DNA of 64,000 bases from Epithemia pelagica. Lineage: Eukaryota > Protista > Bacillariophyta. How positions within the stretch are numbered: position 1 is the first letter of the stretch; each line of letters opens with the position of its first letter. Positions 58,986-64,000 of this stretch are shown in pieces. The notes below the pieces were generated by a model, which worked only from the letters and a program-made list of their open reading frames with translations, was not told the DNA's origin and searched no databases. Where the stretch lies: NCBI GenBank assembly GCA_946965045.2, contig OX337236.1, positions 2,294,001-2,358,000 of the forward strand, read 5' to 3'. Both the position numbers and the translations under genes were made by a program.

Positions 58986-59229
58986 GACATCATCACATGA
59001 CCCGAAACCGACAGTCAGTGCATAGAATTCATGGGCAATAGAGTACCTTCATCGCCTTATCGTAGTATCGGAAACCCAGCCAAGAATCTAGGCTATGACT
59101 TCCGTTAAGTCTCATTGTATCCACCATTGGTAGAAGTGAAATGACATGGGAGCTCCGAATACATCTCATCCGAATATGTGGGAACTAGAGGAATTCCACA
59201 GAGCATAATACTCATAGCTGAGGCTGGTT

Positions 59230-59311
59230 AACTCCCTAGCGGGGGAGTTTTTGAGCTTGTAATTTCGTTGAAACACGAAATTAAACCCTCTCAGCCACTC
59301 CCGCTAGGGGA
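59230..59311. other. 82-bp multi-hairpin insert between 11-bp direct repeats
   Basis: TGAGGCTGGTT at 59219-59229 and 59312-59322; internal stems AACTCCC/GGGAGTT and TAATTTCGT/ACGAAATTA; imperfect terminal IR. Confidence 0.45.
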
Positions 59312-59614
59312 TGAGGCTGGTTTCCGCGATTGAAAATTACACCTCAGAAGGCGGGATGTACACAATCGTTTTCCATTAGAATTCATTCATTGTCGTTCGT
59401 GTGAGGGTGTAAATACGCACGCACTTCCGAGTTTCGAACCACCGCGCACAATCTCGAGATTCTCTTTCCCTATCTCAATATGGTCTTCTATTTGAAGTTT
59501 GAAGAAAGAAACAATATCTATTCTCCTAATAGATCCCATCTTTCGTCCATTCCAAAATATCATCAACAAGGCACGCAAGAAGAAGAAGAAGAAAGGGCGA
59601 GAACGAGAGAAATC

Positions 59615-60826
59615 ATGATCTGGTCGTTGCGTGGATGGTCGTCGTCGTCGTCGTCGTCGTGGGACATCCTGATTGTCGTTTTGGTGGTTCTTTTGCTGAA
59701 CGAGGCGGTGCTTGGGTTTCCCTTGGTGTCACCACCGACACTACGACAAATGGGACAACAAGAACGTCGCATTATCCACCATGAATCCATACAATCCTTG
59801 CATTCCACGAGACGAAGAAGATACAGCCAGAATGTTGCTCGTGACGATGACAATGACAAGCAGCCATCCACCAATGATCCTTTTGGATCGGACAACTCGT
59901 CGTTGTTGCACACCAGTCCAATGCTGTACGCTCGACGATCATGGTTGACGGCGGCAACCGCCACTGCTCTAACACCATTATTTTGGGTACCCTCTGCGAG
60001 TCATGCCGCCACCGACGAAGAAAACGAGACCGATTCGTCGACAGTCAGCAGTACAGAGCCTCGCATTACCAATCGTATTTATTTGACCATCAAGGGTTTG
60101 CCCGAGAGTGCCGACACTCCGACTCCCAATCGCCGCATTGTGATTGGTTTGTACGGTGATGTCGCGCCGCAAAGTGTCGCTCGCATTCTAGCCTTGGTGA
60201 GTCCATCGGGCTTGTCGGCTCCCTGCCGTCCTCGTGCCGAACGGTCCTTGCAAAAGGAACAATTGGAAGCCAACAAGGTGTACAATTCCTGCATGGAAGG
60301 ACAAGAACAGGGCGTGTCGTGGCAGTACTCCACCTTGTGGAGAATTGTCCCCAATGTACGATTGGATCTGGGCGCCGTGACGGGCAAGTTTGTGGCTCGA
60401 CAATTTCCCGATTGGCAAGAAACCAGCAAGGGCATTATGACGGAGGACGATCAATGGAAGTTGTGGCAATCGTTGCCAGGTCTAGTGTCGGTACGACGAG
60501 GATCGGACTCGGGATTTGGATGTACCATTACTCCCACCACAGCTCCCTCCTCCTCCCAATCCACAGACGACGATTGGGACGAATTGCGCCGCAATCACAT
60601 TGTCGTGGGACGTGTCTTGGAAGATGATAGCAGCATGTCGGTGGTACAGGCCTTGAATCAAGTACCAGTCATTACCACCGCCAAACAATTCAATTACATG
60701 GCCTTGACGGGCACCCCGAAAACAACGGCGGCTCCCAATCGGTCCTGTCAATACGGAGGTCCCATGTATTGCAATGAAAACAAACCCTTGGTGAAATTGA
60801 CCATTACCAATGTGGGCTTACTCTAG
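59615..60826 (+). CDS. Cyclophilin-type peptidyl-prolyl isomerase-like protein, probably plastid/thylakoid lumen
   Basis: Signal peptide ending VLG-FP, twin-Arg ARRSWL, ITNRIYLTI, IVIGLYGDVAPQSV, IVVGRVLE. Confidence 0.75.
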   Translation: MIWSLRGWSSSSSSSWDILIVVLVVLLLNEAVLGFPLVSPPTLRQMGQQERRIIHHESIQSLHSTRRRRYSQNVARDDDNDKQPSTNDPFGSDNSSLLHTSPMLYARRSWLTAATATALTPLFWVPSASHAATDEENETDSSTVSSTEPRITNRIYLTIKGLPESADTPTPNRRIVIGLYGDVAPQSVARILALVSPSGLSAPCRPRAERSLQKEQLEANKVYNSCMEGQEQGVSWQYSTLWRIVPNVRLDLGAVTGKFVARQFPDWQETSKGIMTEDDQWKLWQSLPGLVSVRRGSDSGFGCTITPTTAPSSSQSTDDDWDELRRNHIVVGRVLEDDSSMSVVQALNQVPVITTAKQFNYMALTGTPKTTAAPNRSCQYGGPMYCNENKPLVKLTITNVGLL

Positions 60827-60956
60827 ACACTAGTAATAGAGATTGGGACATGGTTTGCCGGCAATCCATGAATGCGCAGAAATGACTGACTCCCATCTAT
60901 ATTCCAATGAGAAATGAGAGATAGCCGACTGACAAGTAGCCTATCTTGCTTCTCAT

Positions 60957-61020
60957 AACTGAACGACCTATGTGCGACCTAAAATCTTTCGTTCAAAACT
61001 GAACGACCTATGTGCGACCT
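60957..61020 (+). promoter_or_regulatory. 24-bp direct repeat (period 40) upstream of RRP5
   Basis: AACTGAACGACCTATGTGCGACCT twice, about 130 bp before the ATG. The regulatory role is a guess. Confidence 0.3.
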
Positions 61021-61152
61021 TAAACAGGTTCTGAGCTCTGAGATTCCAGGACCACCGAAAAAACGCAATGGTCTCATTTCTCATTTTGTGTTCACAAGGA
61101 TGAGGTAGTTGCCAGCCAAAGGAAGACAACGACACAAAATCACTACTTCAAA

Positions 61153-64000
61153 ATGGAAGAAAGCTTTCCTCGAGGTCGAATTTCACGGCCGTTGGCCTTT
61201 CAAGGTGACACGAAGAAGAAGGACGAGGGCTACCACAACAAGAAGGAAAAGGGCCACTCTCGAGGCCGTCGCGATCGAAGCCACGACGATGACGACGACG
61301 ACAAGACCAAGAAACGACCCCGACATGCTTCGGACTTTTTGTTTGGTTCCGACACGAAAGATACAAGTCGCAAGCTATCGCCACCCAAACGAGGCAAGAC
61401 GAATTCAACTGGTACGAGTGCAACTACGACGACGGCATCTTCCTCGAATGTATTGCCATTGGGAGGAGGGGGTGTTGTCACGTCGTCGCATCCTCGTCAT
61501 CAAACAAAGACATCCTCCTTTTCGTCATCCTCGATTTCGACCAGTCGTTGGATTGAATCTTTGGGATTCTCCAAATTGCATGCCGGATTTCGTGTCTTGG
61601 CCATTGTGCGACAAATCCAACCACCACAATCCGACACGGATCACGACGAATTATACGTCTTTGCCTTGCCTCATCATTGGACGGGATACATGGTGCACAA
61701 GAACAGTTCCAACAAACAACAACGATTGCGCTTGTCGGTTGGTCAAGTCTTGACAGTGACCATTGTGCAAGCAGTCCAAGAACCGGGGCCCAATGGGACA
61801 ATGCGTCGACGCATTCAAGTCTCGTGTTTGCCTCAGGCAGTCAATCCTACACTCGAAGAAACTCATTCGAGTAACGACCCACAACACGAACATGGTACTC
61901 GGTTGAGGGGACAAGTACAAAGTATTCAAGACCACGGTTTGATTGTCAATTTAGGATGGGATCAAGTTGGATTTTTATCCTTTGATGACATTGAATCCAA
62001 GTACCAGTTGGTGGAACACAGTGATGATGATGATGACAATGACGACGAAAAAGAGTCCATGGACGTTGACTCATCCAACACAAACATGGCGACGGAACCC
62101 ATTCTACGTCTGGGTCCAGGAAGCATTGTTGATGTCCTGGTACATCGACCGTCGTCGTCCTCCTCCTCCAAACACAAGAAGAAGTCAACCACAAGGACTC
62201 TTGGGAGTAGTACGATTGTACCTCTGAGGTTGCCTTCACGAAAGGAACAGGCCCATACCATTACGCAATTGGATCCAACAAAACATTCCTTGCAACACGA
62301 CGTGCATCCTGGACAATTGATTGAAACCACCGTGGAAGGATTCGCTCAAAATGGTCTGTGTTTGGCCTTTGGCGGAGCCAACAAGTCCGTTGTCTTTCGA
62401 GGAGCCGTAGAACGACATCATTTGGGCAGTGTCTTGTTGCCCACTTCCAAAACCGAATCACAGGATGCTTCGACGGGTAGTGGTACTTTTTCGGTCGAAA
62501 AGGAATGGAAGTCCATTTTTCCAGTTGGGAAAAAGATTTTGGCTCGTGTCATTGCTGTGGATCCATCCAGTAAAATTGTACGCTTTTCCTTGCAAGGACA
62601 CTTGATGAACTATCATGCCGCCTTTTCTGTCCATGGTTCGTCGTCCCCTCCCAAAGCATTGGCCATGCCTCCGCTGGGATCCCTCTATAGCAATGCCACG
62701 GTCCTTCGGTGTGATCCAGGAGTTGGTGCCTTGCTGGCCTTGCCGCCCTCGTCGACAAATGATACGCGAGACGACGACGACGAGGACACCAGCAGCGCTG
62801 TTGCCCTGCATCCACCCCCTTCGACGGATCCACGCTATATCAAGGGACAATCCATTCAAGCCGTTTATGTGCACATTTCCAAGGCCATGGATGAGTACAA
62901 TCACGAAACTACCAAAACGGCCAAAAAGAAAAAGAGCAAGGATTCGCAAGCTCATGGTTTGTTTGCCAAAACCTTTGCCCCCTCGACCCAACATAATGTC
63001 CGTATCTTGGCCAACTCCAATTGGTTCGAGGGCTTTGCGTCAGGGGCCACGGCACGCTCCATTGTCGAGGCTCATGTCGTGTCGTATGCGGACTTGGTAC
63101 CGGGACAATTGTACAAGCAAGTTCGTATTCTTCGAGGAGCGAACCATCCGAACAATAATAAAAGGGGTGGTGACAGTGTGGGTGTGGTGGTCGACTTTGG
63201 AATGGGCGTTGGTGGTTTTATTCCCAACAGTCACTTGTTTGATCATCAAGACCACGCGGCGGGTAGTAGTAGCGGCAGTCATTACCGATCGCAAGTCCTC
63301 AAAGTGAAGTATGCTACGAATGCCAAGGTAACCGTCCGAGTCTTGACGGTAGATGTGGAACATCGCCGATGCATTGTCACGGCCAAAAAAAGTTTGGTCT
63401 CGGCAGAGTCGCATCAAATCTGGTCCTCCTATGAGAGCTTGCGCAAGGGACAAACCGGAATGGGTGTTGTCACCAAGCTTGACCCTCACAAGGGTATGTA
63501 CGTTACCTTTTTCAACAATGTCAATGGCTTTGTGCCCATTCGACATGTACGACAATTTCAACAACAACAACAAGCGTCCGAAGTGGAGGAGGAATCGTTG
63601 CACAATGTGGGGGATGTGATTCAATGCCGTGTGCTGCAAATACAAAAATACCAACGTAAAAACCAAGACAAGACGGGTCAAGAATGGAACTTGACGTTGG
63701 GATTATGCACTCCGAGTGAACCTGAGGATCCCCAGAATGAAGAGGATGCGACCAACCAAATGAATGTTGACGACGACGACGAAGAAGAGACCTTGTATCA
63801 ACAACATATCATGAAGGTTCCAGTACAGAGTATTTTACCGAGTCGGTGTTTGCGGGTCGTTCATGTCAAGGAATCTCACGAAGTGGTCAAGAATGGTAAG
63901 GTGATTGTCATTCCTGGCCATGCCTTGGTGGAAGTAGCGACGAAGCACTTGCCTGTTCAGTTCGAGACCAATAAAGATGATAGCGATGGTGCTAGCCCAG
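61153..64000 (+). CDS. RRP5: rRNA biogenesis protein RRP5 (multiple S1 domains), 5' part; continues beyond the window
   Basis: MEESFPRG start, SDFLFG, then repeated S1-like units (GQVQSIQDHGLIVNLG, GQLIETTVEGFAQNGL, KIFARVIAVDP, GVVVDFGMGVGGFIP.SHL, GMYVTFFNNVNGFVP). Confidence 0.9.
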   Translation, partial: MEESFPRGRISRPLAFQGDTKKKDEGYHNKKEKGHSRGRRDRSHDDDDDDKTKKRPRHASDFLFGSDTKDTSRKLSPPKRGKTNSTGTSATTTTASSSNVLPLGGGGVVTSSHPRHQTKTSSFSSSSISTSRWIESLGFSKLHAGFRVLAIVRQIQPPQSDTDHDELYVFALPHHWTGYMVHKNSSNKQQRLRLSVGQVLTVTIVQAVQEPGPNGTMRRRIQVSCLPQAVNPTLEETHSSNDPQHEHGTRLRGQVQSIQDHGLIVNLGWDQVGFLSFDDIESKYQLVEHSDDDDDNDDEKESMDVDSSNTNMATEPILRLGPGSIVDVLVHRPSSSSSSKHKKKSTTRTLGSSTIVPLRLPSRKEQAHTITQLDPTKHSLQHDVHPGQLIETTVEGFAQNGLCLAFGGANKSVVFRGAVERHHLGSVLLPTSKTESQDASTGSGTFSVEKEWKSIFPVGKKILARVIAVDPSSKIVRFSLQGHLMNYHAAFSVHGSSSPPKALAMPPLGSLYSNATVLRCDPGVGALLALPPSSTNDTRDDDDEDTSSAVALHPPPSTDPRYIKGQSIQAVYVHISKAMDEYNHETTKTAKKKKSKDSQAHGLFAKTFAPSTQHNVRILANSNWFEGFASGATARSIVEAHVVSYADLVPGQLYKQVRILRGANHPNNNKRGGDSVGVVVDFGMGVGGFIPNSHLFDHQDHAAGSSSGSHYRSQVLKVKYATNAKVTVRVLTVDVEHRRCIVTAKKSLVSAESHQIWSSYESLRKGQTGMGVVTKLDPHKGMYVTFFNNVNGFVPIRHVRQFQQQQQASEVEEESLHNVGDVIQCRVLQIQKYQRKNQDKTGQEWNLTLGLCTPSEPEDPQNEEDATNQMNVDDDDEEETLYQQHIMKVPVQSILPSRCLRVVHVKESHEVVKNGKVIVIPGHALVEVATKHLPVQFETNKDDSDGASP

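Noticed and set aside
61109-63681. Several alternative ORFs (61109-61753, 62615-63307, 63040-63681)
   Set aside because: Off-frame or antisense to the continuous RRP5 frame, which is absent from the ORF track only because it has no stop within the window.

Overview
Eukaryotic genomic DNA, most likely from a diatom (inferred from short GT-AG introns, bipartite signal+Phe plastid presequences and the gene families present). The window has two sharply different halves. 1-37 kb is a nested transposon block. It holds a probable LTR-element 5' end; two related PIF/Harbinger-type elements (3535-8178 non-autonomous, 11757-17465 with an intact DDE transposase plus three accessory ORFs) whose ~650-840 bp TIRs carry (CCACAAAT)n arrays and CWG target duplications; a full-length but decayed Ngaro-type tyrosine-recombinase retrotransposon (18477-26400, A1..B1-A2-B2 repeats); at least six MITE-like elements; a minisatellite; and two more interrupted transposase-like ORFs. 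Between the two Harbinger elements lies a pseudogenised alpha-carbonic anhydrase/transmembrane/EF-hand fusion gene. 37.6-64 kb is gene-dense host sequence: SET-domain methyltransferase, hexameric polyubiquitin, class I methyltransferase, two exostosin-like glycosyltransferases, sulfotransferase, GT31 galactosyltransferase, LysM protein, plastid cyclophilin and the start of RRP5. Best candidates for follow-up are the CA-TM-EF-hand architecture, an orphan ORF bracketed by a 94-bp direct repeat, the clustered glycosyl/sulfotransferase genes and the four-ORF Harbinger with satellite-bearing TIRs. No CRISPR, rRNA or tRNA genes could be supported. All family assignments come from motif recognition by eye, not database searches.
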